Part shown: positions 19,488 through 28,370 of the stretch, in pieces | Position numbering within the stretch: the first letter of the stretch is position 1 | How the letters are laid out: each line of letters begins with the position of its first letter | Source of the DNA: Clostridia bacterium | Lineage (GTDB): Bacteria; Bacillota; Clostridia; Christensenellales; Aristaeellaceae | Direction: 5' to 3' | Assembly: GCA_017508975.1 (NCBI GenBank) | Contig: JAFWQU010000023.1 | Coordinates: 16,075 to 80,074, forward strand | DNA: 64,000 nucleotides | Notes under the pieces: generated by a model | What the model was told of the DNA's origin: nothing | What the model saw: the letters and a program-made list of their open reading frames with translations, nothing else | Database searches by the model: none | Translations under genes and position numbers: made by a program

Positions 19488-21257
19488 ATGCAACACCGTA
19501 CCCATACCTGCAATGAACTGCGCCTGAGCGACGCGGGCAAGACGGTTGAGCTCTGCGGCTGGCTGGAGAACGTGCGCGTGGTCAGCGGCAGCCTGGCCTT
19601 TGCCATCCTGCGCGACTTCTACGGCACGACCCAGCTGGTGCTGGAGACCGAGGAGATGCTCGCGGCGTTCCGGGACCTGAACAAGGAATCCACCATCGCC
19701 GTGAAGGGCGTGGTCCGCGAGCGCGACAGCAAGAACCCGAAGATTCCCACCGGCGACATCGAGGTGGTGCCGCAGACGATGGAGGTGCTGGGCCGCTGCC
19801 GCTATAACCAGCTGCCCTTCCAGGTGAACCGCAGCAGGGAGGCCGACGAGACCCTGCGCCTGAAGTACCGCTATCTCGACCTGCGCAACCCGGCGGTCAA
19901 GGAGAACATCATCATGCGCTGCAACGTGGTGGCGGCGCTGCGCCAGGCGATGATCAGCCACGGCTTCCTGGAGATCACGACGCCGATCCTGACGGCCTCC
20001 TCCCCGGAGGGCGCCCGCGACTATCTGGTGCCGGCCCGCAAGCACCCGGGCAAGTTCTATGCCCTGCCCCAGGCGCCGCAGCAGTTCAAGCAGCTGCTGA
20101 TGACCTCCGGCTTCGACCGGTATTTCCAGATCGCGCCCTGCTTCCGGGACGAGGACGCCCGCGGCGACCGCTCCCCGGGCGAGTTCTACCAGCTCGACAT
20201 GGAGATGGCCTTCGCGTCCCAGGAGGATGTGTTCGCGGTGCTCGAGGACGTGCTGCCGCCGATCTTCGCCCAGTACGGCAAGTACAGCCGCGCCTCCGGC
20301 GCGCCGTTCCGGCGGATCCCCTATCTGGAAGCCCTGGAGCGCTACGGCACCGACAAGCCCGATCTGCGCATTGACCTGGAGATCCAGGATGTGACCCGCC
20401 TGATGGAGGGCTGCGGCTTCGGCCCCTTCGAGGGCAATGTGGTCAAGGCCGTCGTGGTCAGTGACATGACCGCCACCCGCAAGCAGATCGACAAGCTCTG
20501 CGCGGACGTGGAGGTCGTCGCCGGCGCGAAGCCCTACTGGTTCCGCCTGGACGAGAAGGGCGAGATCGCGGGCGGCATCGCGAAGTTCCTGCAGGACCGC
20601 AAGGACAAGGTCATCTCGGCGCTGGGCCTGAAGCCGGGCTGCTTCGTGGGCCTCTCCGCCGGAAACCTCGGCGCGGCGCAGAAGACCGCCGGCGTGCTCC
20701 TCAAGCAGCTGGGCGCGCTCTGCCCGAACCACATGGACGCCGAGCAGTACAGCTTCTGCTGGATCGTCGACTTCCCGATGTACGAGATCGGCGAGGAGAG
20801 CGGCGAGCTGGAATTCTGCCACAACCCCTTCTCCATGCCTAACGGCGGGCTGGAGATCCTTCAAAAAGCCGCTGCCGGCGAGGTGGATCCCCTGAGCATC
20901 ATGGCCTATCAGTACGACCTGGTGTGCAACGGTGTGGAGCTCTCCTCCGGCGCGGTGCGGAACCATGACCCGGAGATCATGATCGAGGCCTTCCAGCTCG
21001 TCCGCCTGGGCGAGGAGGACGTGAAGGCCAAGTTCCCGGCCATGTACAACGCCTTTTGCTACGGCGCGCCGCCGCACGCGGGCATCGCCCCCGGCGTCGA
21101 CCGCATGGTGATGCTGCTGGCGGGTGAGGACTCCATCCGCGAGGTCATCCCGTTCCCGATGAACAAAAACGCCCAGGACCTGCTTATGGGTGCTCCCTCC
21201 GAGGTGGAGCAGAAGCAGCTGGACGAACTGCATATCGCGCTGGTGAAGGACGAGTAA
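19488..21257 (+). CDS. aspS: Aspartate--tRNA ligase
   Basis: ORF 589 aa with an OB anticodon-binding N-terminus, QSPQ-like LPQAPQQFKQLLM, FRDEDARGDRSPGEFYQLDME, and C-terminal GGAPPHAGIAPGVDR. Confidence 0.95.
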   Translation: MQHRTHTCNELRLSDAGKTVELCGWLENVRVVSGSLAFAILRDFYGTTQLVLETEEMLAAFRDLNKESTIAVKGVVRERDSKNPKIPTGDIEVVPQTMEVLGRCRYNQLPFQVNRSREADETLRLKYRYLDLRNPAVKENIIMRCNVVAALRQAMISHGFLEITTPILTASSPEGARDYLVPARKHPGKFYALPQAPQQFKQLLMTSGFDRYFQIAPCFRDEDARGDRSPGEFYQLDMEMAFASQEDVFAVLEDVLPPIFAQYGKYSRASGAPFRRIPYLEALERYGTDKPDLRIDLEIQDVTRLMEGCGFGPFEGNVVKAVVVSDMTATRKQIDKLCADVEVVAGAKPYWFRLDEKGEIAGGIAKFLQDRKDKVISALGLKPGCFVGLSAGNLGAAQKTAGVLLKQLGALCPNHMDAEQYSFCWIVDFPMYEIGEESGELEFCHNPFSMPNGGLEILQKAAAGEVDPLSIMAYQYDLVCNGVELSSGAVRNHDPEIMIEAFQLVRLGEEDVKAKFPAMYNAFCYGAPPHAGIAPGVDRMVMLLAGEDSIREVIPFPMNKNAQDLLMGAPSEVEQKQLDELHIALVKDE

Positions 21258-21272
21258 CCTCACCCCCTGTCC

Positions 21273-21364
21273 CCCTCTCCTTTACTGTGAAAATACATCG
21301 TATTTTCATTGATCGTGGTCAATAATACGGACGTATTATTGATGATGATTTCAGGAGAGGGGGA
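21273..21364 (+). repeat. RPT-B copy 1: low-GC ~85-nt element closed by a 10-bp GC stem, containing a perfect palindrome
   Basis: CCCCTCTCCT (21273-21282) pairs with AGGAGAGGGG (21354-21363). Inside are GAAAATAC-atc-GTATTTTC and TCAATAATAC-ggac-GTATTATTGA (21320-21343). ATTTTGTGTT follows, so it may double as the aspS terminator. Confidence 0.7.
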
Positions 21365-21375
21365 TTTTGTGTTGC

Positions 21376-21477
21376 ACTGATCTCAGTTTAGAACGCTTAT
21401 TGTCAGTAGTGAGATTTCGCGGCCTGCGGGCCGCGACCAGGGCTTTCCGATCGCCCTGGACCTTCGGCCGCATACTG
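21376..21477 (+). repeat. RPT-A copy 5 (core 21411-21467)
   Basis: Full core with a distal arm of the CTCAGTTTAGAACGCTTATTGTCAG type. Confidence 0.95.
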
Positions 21478-21509
21478 TTAGCGAATTTGTATTTATTCTT
21501 GAAATTAGC

Positions 21510-21538
21510 AAAAAACTCCCCTTCATAAAGAAGAGGAG
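21510..21538 (-). terminator. Rho-independent terminator of the PstS-like gene
   Basis: On the minus strand: CTCCTCTT-ctttatg-AAGGGGAG (one G-U pair) followed by TTTTTT. Confidence 0.7.
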
Positions 21539-21554
21539 AGATTAAGGATGGGTT

Positions 21555-22634
21555 TTATCTCAGCGTCACATACCCCGCCTGGGCGACGCAGGCCTGGCCC
21601 TCGTCGGAGACGAGCCAGTCGACAAAGCGCTCGGCGGTCTCGTTGCCTTTCACGTAAACCGCGTAGTAGTAGACGGTGTAGGGGTAGGCGCCGCTGCGCA
21701 GGTTCTCCGGGGTGGGGGCGGCGCCGTCCACGGCGAGGACCTTCAGGCTGCCGTCCTTGTAGAGCGCGTCCACGTAGTAGAGATAGGAGTAGCCCAGGGC
21801 GTTGACGGCGTTGGTGTAGTTGCCGACCTGCCGGACGAGGTCCGCCATGCCGTCGGCGATGTAGTTCTGCGCGGCGGCGGTGAGCTGCAGGCCGTCCATC
21901 ACCATCTCCTCCATGGCGGTCTGGCTGCCGGAGCCGTGGGGGCGCTGGTAGGGGACGATCACAGCGTCCTCCCTGCCGCCGACCTCGCTCCAGAGGAGCG
22001 TGCCGCCGGTGTAGATCGAGCGGATCTGCTCTGCGGTGAGCCCGTCGACCGGGTTCTCGCTGTTGACGAGAAAGACGAAAGCGTCGTAGCAGACGGGGAC
22101 CATCACGAACTCCACGCCCGCCTCCACGGCGGCCTGCCGCTCGTCGGCGTTGGGGCCGGTGCCCAGGACAATATCGATCGGGTGCGTGTCGTCCATCATG
22201 ACGTTCCGGGAGACCAGGGTCACCATGGGGTTGGCCTTGCCCTGGGTCAGCCTGTCATAGGCGAAGGGCGTGGTGGAGAAGCTGACGAAGCCGTTCAGGT
22301 CCTCCTCCGGCAGGTCAAGCCACTGCCGGGCCAGCTCCATGGCCAGCGGGACGCAGACGGTCGAGCCGTCGATGGAGGGGTACTCGCCCCAGTCCCCGAT
22401 GAAGAGGGACTCGTCGCCCTCCAGGGGCCGGGTCCCGCCGAGCTGGAAGTCCGACGGCGTCTCCACAAAGCGCTGCCAGCCCTCCCCGCGGGCGAGGGAC
22501 TGGTTGATCTGGCTCCAGGAGCCGGAGGATGCGGGCTCGGTTTCGTCGGGTTCGGACTCGGCCAGCGCGGGCAGACAGCTCAGTGTCAGGCACAGCGCCA
22601 GCAGCAGCGGCAGAAGCTTGCGACAGATTGTCAT
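21555..22634 (-). CDS. Secreted PstS-family (PBP_like_2) substrate-binding domain protein
   Basis: ORF 359 aa with a signal peptide (LLPLLLALCLTLSCLPALAE). The C-terminal two thirds resemble phosphate-binding-protein-like folds (YDAFVFLVNSENPV..LTAEQIRSIYTG..W). GGAGGAG RBS. Confidence 0.65.
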   Translation of the reverse strand: MTICRKLLPLLLALCLTLSCLPALAESEPDETEPASSGSWSQINQSLARGEGWQRFVETPSDFQLGGTRPLEGDESLFIGDWGEYPSIDGSTVCVPLAMELARQWLDLPEEDLNGFVSFSTTPFAYDRLTQGKANPMVTLVSRNVMMDDTHPIDIVLGTGPNADERQAAVEAGVEFVMVPVCYDAFVFLVNSENPVDGLTAEQIRSIYTGGTLLWSEVGGREDAVIVPYQRPHGSGSQTAMEEMVMDGLQLTAAAQNYIADGMADLVRQVGNYTNAVNALGYSYLYYVDALYKDGSLKVLAVDGAAPTPENLRSGAYPYTVYYYAVYVKGNETAERFVDWLVSDEGQACVAQAGYVTLR

Positions 22635-22667
22635 GGTGATCTCCTCCTGATGGGTATAATTCAGAAA

Positions 22668-22790
22668 TCTAATACTAATCTCAGTTTAGAACGTTTATTG
22701 TCAACAGAGAGATTTCGCGGCCTGCGGGCCGCGACCAGGTCCGCAGCCGGACTGGCGGTTTTCCGATCGCCCTGGACCTTCGGTGACATC
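22668..22790 (+). repeat. RPT-A copy 6 (core 22709-22783) with an ~18-nt insertion inside hairpin 2
   Basis: CCAGG-[TCCGCAGCCGGACTGGCG]-GTTTTCCGATCGCCCTGG. It lies between the LRR gene stop and the PstS-like gene start. Confidence 0.9.
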
Positions 22791-22825
22791 GGCTGCCTGA
22801 AGGATAGATCTTCTTTCTGAAAGCG

Positions 22826-24865
22826 TTATTCTTCGGCCTGCGCGACTTCGCGTACGGATTGGGTTTCGGTCCAGAAGGTGCCCCGGGCGGTGCGGACCTG
22901 CGTCCAGCCGTCCCGCTCCGCGAGAATCTCGCACTGCTCGCCGGTGTAGGTGTGGGCCGCCTCGGCGCCGCCGGGCGCGTCACGGAGCAGGATCCGCTCC
23001 TGCGGTGCGGCGGCAAGGAGCACGCCCAGGCGCAGCCGGTCGCCGGTATGCTCGCGGAAGAGGGACAGGGACGGGTCCCCGAGAAAGAGATCCCGGTCGT
23101 CGTCCTCGCTGTAGAAGTTCGCGTAGCAGCCGTTGACCTCGTAGAATTCCAGGCCGGGATTGTTCTCGAAGCCGCAGTCGGCCCAGTGGAAGAGGCTCGC
23201 CCCGGTATAGCCCAGGATCGCGCTGTCGTCCAGCCAGCCCTCCTGCACATCCGGGCTGACATAGGCCCGCCAGCGGCCGTTCTGATGGACGCTGCCGATC
23301 CAATGGCAGGTGCCGGGGGCCAGCTCCGCCACAACCTCGCCGCTCCGGGAATCCGGGTAAACGGGCACAGGCCCCTCGCCGTCGATCCAGACATAGCGGC
23401 CAAGGGAGTCTTCGTCCTCATCCTCCTCGTCGTCATCCCTGGTCTGAATGGCCTCGCCGTTGTCGCCCAGGTAGTGCGTGAAATCCGTGACTCCGTCCAC
23501 GCCGCCCATCCCCTCCAGAAGATATTGCAGATGGGCGGGCAGCGACAGGCGCTCGAGGCTCACGCAGTCGACGAAGGCGTACTCGCTCAGCTCCCGCACG
23601 GTCAGCGGAACCGTGAGGCTCTGCAGCCGGCCGCAGCCCGAGAAGGCGTAGGCGCCGATCTTCCGCAGACCGATGGGCAGCGTGATGCTCTGCAGGGGGA
23701 TGTCCATGCTGTCGTGGGAGAAAGCGGACGCGCCGATTTCGAGGGTGCCGGAGGGCACCTGGTAGGCGAGGGAATCGCTGTCGTTGCAGTAGGCGATCAG
23801 CACCGTGCCGTCCCCGGAGAAGAGCACGCCGTCCCGGGTGGTGTAGATAGGGTTGCCCGGCTCCGCCTCAAAGGCCTTGACGTTCGTGTAGTCCCAGTCG
23901 GAGGGCTCGAGCGTGCCGGTAAAGCCCGCCGGGATGACAACCCGGCCGATGTTCGTGCCGTAAAAGCACTGATAGAAATCGGCGGAGGAATTGGGCAGGA
24001 ACAGATCGCCGATCGTGATGCGCGAGAGGGACTCCGAGCCGATGTATCTGAGACTGTCCGGCAGGCGCAGGGCCCGCAGCGAGGGATACTCAGTTAGACC
24101 GGGCCCGGACAGACGGCCGGTGACGGAGCCCACCGGGGGCAGCGAGAGATCGGCGCCGTCCCGGCCGTACTTGTTATACTGCCGGGAGGAGAAGGGATTC
24201 CACTCACCGAGGATCGCGACGCCCTCCTCGAAGGTGAGTACGCCGTCCTCCAGGGTCCAGACCGGGACGTCCTCCGCCGCGTCCGCGGGGAGAAAGCCCC
24301 AGACGGTTTTGCCCTCGAGCTGCGTCTCCGCGTAAATCCAGCCGAAAGCGTCGCGCTCTCCGGCGGGGAGCAGGCCGATCACAATGTCCCCGGCGCGCAG
24401 CTCCGCGATGGCGCGGCCGCTGAAGCGCGGATCGTCCGTCAGGGTCACATCGCGGGTCAGACGCAGCTTCTCCCGGACCGGACAGAATTCATAGGAATAG
24501 TCGTCGGCCTCCGGACAGGCCACATGGATCCAGCCGATGCGCCGGGAGGCGCCGGAGGTGCTGTACTCGATCAGCCGCCACTCGTGGTCCGGCGTGACCG
24601 CCAGCTGATAGAAGGGGTCAGCCATGGAGACCCGCGCCTTGCCTTCCGCGCCGCGCCAGCTGTCCTCATAGGGCGCGCTGTAGACCGGGTAGCGGACTGT
24701 GGAAGGGACCCGCAAATCCAGGGCGGAAACCTGCTCCATGTTGTTAAAGCGCAGCGCGTCCCACTGATCGAGCAGCCAGGGACCGCCGCTCTCCGGCTCC
24801 TCCGCCAGCGCCGCACCCAGCGCGAGCAGCAGCAGAAGGACCGTCAAAACTGCTTTTTTCGTCAT
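22826..24865 (-). CDS. Secreted leucine-rich-repeat (BspA-type) protein with SH3b-like domains
   Basis: ORF track 22826..25042. I set the start at MTKKAVLTVLLLLLALGAALAEE (24865) after an AGGAGG RBS. The central LRR units include LQSITLPIGLRKIGAYAFSGCGRLQSLTVP. SH3b-like segments occur at both ends. Confidence 0.8.
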   Translation of the reverse strand: MTKKAVLTVLLLLLALGAALAEEPESGGPWLLDQWDALRFNNMEQVSALDLRVPSTVRYPVYSAPYEDSWRGAEGKARVSMADPFYQLAVTPDHEWRLIEYSTSGASRRIGWIHVACPEADDYSYEFCPVREKLRLTRDVTLTDDPRFSGRAIAELRAGDIVIGLLPAGERDAFGWIYAETQLEGKTVWGFLPADAAEDVPVWTLEDGVLTFEEGVAILGEWNPFSSRQYNKYGRDGADLSLPPVGSVTGRLSGPGLTEYPSLRALRLPDSLRYIGSESLSRITIGDLFLPNSSADFYQCFYGTNIGRVVIPAGFTGTLEPSDWDYTNVKAFEAEPGNPIYTTRDGVLFSGDGTVLIAYCNDSDSLAYQVPSGTLEIGASAFSHDSMDIPLQSITLPIGLRKIGAYAFSGCGRLQSLTVPLTVRELSEYAFVDCVSLERLSLPAHLQYLLEGMGGVDGVTDFTHYLGDNGEAIQTRDDDEEDEDEDSLGRYVWIDGEGPVPVYPDSRSGEVVAELAPGTCHWIGSVHQNGRWRAYVSPDVQEGWLDDSAILGYTGASLFHWADCGFENNPGLEFYEVNGCYANFYSEDDDRDLFLGDPSLSLFREHTGDRLRLGVLLAAAPQERILLRDAPGGAEAAHTYTGEQCEILAERDGWTQVRTARGTFWTETQSVREVAQAEE

Positions 24866-24940
24866 CCGCACAGCCTCCTTTATCGCTTTTTGATTGGTTA
24901 TCATCATAGCACAATCCCCGGTTCGCGTCAAATTGAACGG

Positions 24941-24970
24941 TTGCCTCATGGGTCCGGAGTATGTTATAAT
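24941..24970 (+). promoter_or_regulatory. Promoter for the dnaD-like operon (TTGCCT-18 nt-TGtTATAAT, extended -10)
   Basis: TTGCCT at 24941-24946, and TATAAT at 24965-24970 preceded by TGT. Confidence 0.6.
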
Positions 24971-25001
24971 ACCGCGAGAGACCCAGGGGGGAGGAATCGG
25001 C

Positions 25002-26456
25002 TTGCTGGAGTTCGACAGCCAGTTTGCGCTGTATGACGTCACGCCCGTGGCGAATTGCTTTATCCGGGATTATCTGCCGGGGACCGACGGCGAAAAAGTG
25101 AAGGTTTATCTCTACGGCCTGATGTGCTGCATGCACCCGCAGCCGGACCTGACCCTGGCGGGGATTGCCGCGGCGCTGCAGATGGAGGAGCGGGAGGTGC
25201 TGGACGCCTTCCGGCACTGGGAGTTCATGGGGCTGGTGCAGCGGGTGAGCGACAATCCGCTTCTTTTCCGCTATGTGCATCCGATCTGGCGGAGCCTCCC
25301 GGAGGGCGCTGTGGAGATCGACCGGGCGAGCCAGGCCTTTATGGAGGACCTCTACGCGGCCTTCGGCGGACAGCGGGACCTGACCGGCGCGGAGAAGCGC
25401 AAGGCCTGGGAGTGGGTGGAGGAGGACGGCTTCCCCACCGAGGTGGTGCTGGTGCTGGTCAAGCACCTGGTGGCCACCCGCGGGCTGAACTTCCCCTTCG
25501 GCGGCAAGGAGGCGCTGCGCCTGGTAGAGCTCCTGCGGGCGGAGCAGGTGAAGACCGTGGAGGGCGCCCTCGAGGTGCTGGGCCGCGAGCAGGAGATCGA
25601 GGAGGGCGCGGCCGCGGTGCTGCGGCGTTTCCGGCAGCGGCGGCATCTGCCCAGCCAGGACGAGATCGACCTGTACCGCAAATGGCGCCGCGACTGGGGC
25701 TTCTCCCGGGACGACATTCTCGCGGCCTGCGCCGAGACGACCAAGGGCGCGCCCAACTTCGGCTACCTGGACGGGGTGCTGAAGGGCATCCACGAGCGCG
25801 GCGGTGCCGTCGGGCAGGACAGGGAGGAGAACGATCTGGTCCGGGAGATGCTCCACGCGCTGGGCGCGAAGAACGTCTCGATCAACGACGGGACGCGTGC
25901 CATCTACCGTCAGATGACGGAGCTCTATCCCCACGAGGTGGTGCTGCTGGCGGCCCGGGAGTGCTCGGCCAAGGGACGGGGCGTCGACGACGTCCTCGAC
26001 GGCCTGGAGCGCTGGAAGAAGCGCGGCCTGCAGGACATTGGGGAGATCCGGCGCTTTATCGACGAATACAACGCGCAGAGCGCGCTCCTGAAAAAACTCG
26101 CGGAGATCTGGGGCAAGCCCGTGCCCACGAGCCAGGCGAACCGGGCATTCCTGGAGAAGTGGCAGCGCGAACTGGGCATGGACGAGGCGCTGATCCTGCA
26201 CTGCGCGGCCTTTGCCCAGGGCGCGGAGAAGAACATGCCCTATCTGGACCGGCTGCTGGTCTCCTTCGCCGGACAGGGCGTCCGGACGGCGGAGGCGGCG
26301 GACGAGGCGAACGCGGCCTGGAAGCGGAAACAGGGCGGAGGCGGAAAGACCGTGTCCGCGCAGCAGTATGAACAGCGCGACTACAGCGGGGAGACCGAGG
26401 ACCTGCCGGACTGGGTCATGAAGCGGTGGAAGGAGATGCAGCAGAATGGCCAGTGA
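25002..26456 (+). CDS. DnaD/DnaB(Firmicutes)-type replication initiation / primosome protein
   Basis: This lies within ORF 24894..26456. A TTG start at 25002 follows a GGGAGGAA RBS. It has repeated DnaD-like C-terminal domains and lies immediately upstream of, and overlapping, the helicase-loader gene. Confidence 0.7.
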   Translation: MLEFDSQFALYDVTPVANCFIRDYLPGTDGEKVKVYLYGLMCCMHPQPDLTLAGIAAALQMEEREVLDAFRHWEFMGLVQRVSDNPLLFRYVHPIWRSLPEGAVEIDRASQAFMEDLYAAFGGQRDLTGAEKRKAWEWVEEDGFPTEVVLVLVKHLVATRGLNFPFGGKEALRLVELLRAEQVKTVEGALEVLGREQEIEEGAAAVLRRFRQRRHLPSQDEIDLYRKWRRDWGFSRDDILAACAETTKGAPNFGYLDGVLKGIHERGGAVGQDREENDLVREMLHALGAKNVSINDGTRAIYRQMTELYPHEVVLLAARECSAKGRGVDDVLDGLERWKKRGLQDIGEIRRFIDEYNAQSALLKKLAEIWGKPVPTSQANRAFLEKWQRELGMDEALILHCAAFAQGAEKNMPYLDRLLVSFAGQGVRTAEAADEANAAWKRKQGGGGKTVSAQQYEQRDYSGETEDLPDWVMKRWKEMQQNGQ

Positions 26457-27408
26457 GTGGATTGCACGCCTGGAGGAGCATTACCGGCTGCTGCAGGAGC
26501 GCAGCCGGCAGGAGGAGAGCCGCCGCCGCGCGCAGGCCGAGGCGGAGTGCCCGGAGCTGGCGGAGACGCTGGCCGCGCGGCAGCAGATGGTCTTCCGGGG
26601 CGTCCAGCAGATGCTGGCCGGCCAGGGGGACGCGGTGGACCTGCCCGGGAAGATGGAAACTCTCAACCGGAAAATCCGGGATCTGCTGCGCGCCAACGGC
26701 CATCCGGAGGACTGGCTGGAGCCGGTCTACGCGTGCGCGAAATGCCGGGATACGGGCTTCACCGGGGAGAACCCGCGGACGGAGTGCGACTGCCGCCGGC
26801 GGCTGCGCATCCGGCTGCAGACCGAGGACCTGGGCGTCACCACCCAGGGACACAGCTTCGAGACCTTCGATCCGGAGGTGTTCCCGGACGATCCGTTGGA
26901 GGGCGGCCTCACCCAGCGGCAGCTCATGTGCGTGTACCGCGATCAGCTGCGCAACTGGGCGTCCGAGGCGCCGGAGGTGCCCGACCGCACGATCGTGCTC
27001 AGCGGCAAGAGCGGTCTGGGGAAAACCTATCTGCTGCACTGCATTGCGGACGCGCTGATGCGCCGCGGCGTGCCCTGCGTGCTGACGAGCGCGTTCCAGT
27101 CCCTGACCGCCTTCCGGCGCGCGGAGTTCGACCGGGACGACGCGGACTGGCAGAGTCTCTGCGAGGTGCAGGTGCTGCTGCTGGACGACCTGGGGAGCGA
27201 GCCACTTTACCAGAACGTGACCGTGGAGCAGTTCTACCAGCTGATCGAGCAGCGCATGCAAGCGCGGCTGTGCACGGTGATCAGCACGAACCTGACCAAG
27301 GAAGAGCTTAAGTCCCGCTACACGGAGCGCATTGCCTCGCGTCTGACGGACCGCCGCCAGTGCAACTGGATGCCGCTCAAGGGTGTGGACATCCGCAGAA
27401 GGGGGTGA
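26446..27408 (+). CDS. DnaC/DnaI-type helicase loader (IstB-like AAA+ ATPase)
   Basis: ORF 320 aa with a Cys-rich zinc motif (CAKCRDTGF...CDC), Walker A LSGKSGLGKTYL and Walker B VLLLDDLG. Confidence 0.8.
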   Translation: MASEWIARLEEHYRLLQERSRQEESRRRAQAEAECPELAETLAARQQMVFRGVQQMLAGQGDAVDLPGKMETLNRKIRDLLRANGHPEDWLEPVYACAKCRDTGFTGENPRTECDCRRRLRIRLQTEDLGVTTQGHSFETFDPEVFPDDPLEGGLTQRQLMCVYRDQLRNWASEAPEVPDRTIVLSGKSGLGKTYLLHCIADALMRRGVPCVLTSAFQSLTAFRRAEFDRDDADWQSLCEVQVLLLDDLGSEPLYQNVTVEQFYQLIEQRMQARLCTVISTNLTKEELKSRYTERIASRLTDRRQCNWMPLKGVDIRRRG

Positions 27409-27412
27409 GCGC

Positions 27413-27763
27413 ATGGCCGTCATTCAGATCTATGTCTCGAAGAAGAATTTTGATCAGCAGAAGGCGGAGCGCTATTTCAAGGAGCGCCGGATTCAGGTGC
27501 AGCTCCTGGACCTCAAGCGCCACAAGCTCGGTCCCCGGGAGATCGAGACCCTGGCCCGCGGGCTCGGCGGTGTGCAGAATCTGCTGGATCGGGAGGATAA
27601 GCGCGTGAAGGAGCATCCCGCCTGCTATTGCACAGATGCAGCGCTTCTGACCGAGATGATCCAGGAGAATCCGTGGCTTCTCCGCTCGCCGATCCTGCGC
27701 TGCGGCAGCAAGGTCACGGTCGGCTATCAGCCGGAGGTTTGGGCTGGGTGGACTGCGGGGTGA
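27413..27763 (+). CDS. ArsC/Spx/MgsR family protein (lacks the CxxC motif)
   Basis: ORF track 27383..27763. I set the start at MAVIQIYVSKKNFDQQKAERYFKERRIQVQLLDL (27413). It has the thioredoxin-like ArsC-family N-terminus, but no redox cysteine pair at the usual position. Confidence 0.6.
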   Translation: MAVIQIYVSKKNFDQQKAERYFKERRIQVQLLDLKRHKLGPREIETLARGLGGVQNLLDREDKRVKEHPACYCTDAALLTEMIQENPWLLRSPILRCGSKVTVGYQPEVWAGWTAG

Positions 27764-27805
27764 GGGAGATTCACTCTTTTGGAGAGAGTGTGATACTTCC
27801 AGAGG

Positions 27806-27860
27806 GGGATTTCGCGCCTGCGGGCGCGACCAGGGCTTTCCGATCGCCCCGGACCTTCGG
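27806..27860 (+). repeat. RPT-A copy 7 (first unit of the tandem array)
   Basis: Short-stem hairpin 1. The 3' arm of hairpin 2 is GCCCCGG, which gives A-C on this strand and G-T on the opposite strand. Confidence 0.95.
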
Positions 27861-27899
27861 GGGAATTCACTCTTTTGGAGAGGTGGATGTTTTCAGAGG

Positions 27900-27956
27900 G
27901 GGATTTCGCGGCCTGCGGGCCGCGACCAGGGCTTTCCGATCGCCCTGGACCTTCGG
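27900..27956 (+). repeat. RPT-A copy 8 (second unit of the tandem array)
   Basis: Canonical core. Confidence 0.95.
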
Positions 27957-28014
27957 GGAATTCACCTTTTTGGAGAGGTCGGTAGTTGAGGTAAGAAATT
28001 AAATTGAGAATCAG

Positions 28015-28046
28015 AAAGCCTGTTCCGTAGATGAGCAGGCTTTTTC
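28015..28046 (+). terminator. Rho-independent terminator downstream of the arsC-like gene and tandem repeats
   Basis: AAAGCCTG-ttccgtagatgag-CAGGCTTT followed by TTTCT. Confidence 0.65.
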
Positions 28047-28164
28047 TATATCGGGAATCAAATTGTTAAAAATCTGTTTCATAAATTCACAAATTCAGAA
28101 GGCTCAGCTCGGAACATCTATGGTAATTCCGAACAAGAATAACAAATCAAGTAAGGGGAGGGGG

Positions 28165-28230
28165 ATTGCCCGAAGAGTCCAGAGGCGATCGGAAAGCCTC
28201 TGGTCGCGCCCGCAGGCGCGAAATCTCTTG
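28165..28230 (-). repeat. RPT-A copy 9, reverse orientation, long-stem hairpin 2 variant
   Basis: CCGAAGAGTCCAGAGGCGATCGGAAAGCCTCTGGTCGCGCCCGCAGGCGCGAAATC. Confidence 0.95.
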
Positions 28231-28314
28231 TTCTATTCTTTTGAAAAAACTAACTGCGATAATGAAATAATGCGTAATATATGAAAATAATCAACAAATA
28301 TGTCACAGAAAGGA

Positions 28315-28343
28315 TTGACATTGACACAATTTTGTAATATATT
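28315..28343 (+). promoter_or_regulatory. Promoter for the SH3/PG-binding protein gene (TTGACA-17 nt-TATATT)
   Basis: TTGACA at 28315-28320 (a second TTGACA follows directly) and TATATT at 28338-28343, in an AT-rich spacer. Confidence 0.55.
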
Positions 28344-28370
28344 TGAAATGCATCAGAGGAGGTGAGACGG

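Larger units (their letters stand above)
27769..27980 (+). repeat. Tandem array: ~95-96-nt unit x 2.2, each full unit containing one RPT-A core
   Basis: TTCAC(T/C)(C/T)TTTTGGAGAG recurs at 27770, 27866 and 27961. The RPT-A cores are at 27806-27860 and 27900-27956. Confidence 0.9.

Noticed and set aside
27769-27980. Possible CRISPR array (direct repeats with spacers).
   Set aside because: There are only 2.2 units. The ~20-nt inter-core segments are themselves conserved between units. The repeat is the dispersed RPT-A element. No cas genes are in the window.
28063-28284. 73-aa ORF in the AT-rich spacer upstream of the SH3/PG-binding gene.
   Set aside because: It overlaps RPT-A copy 9, which supplies its Arg-rich middle. 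It has no RBS and a low-complexity composition.
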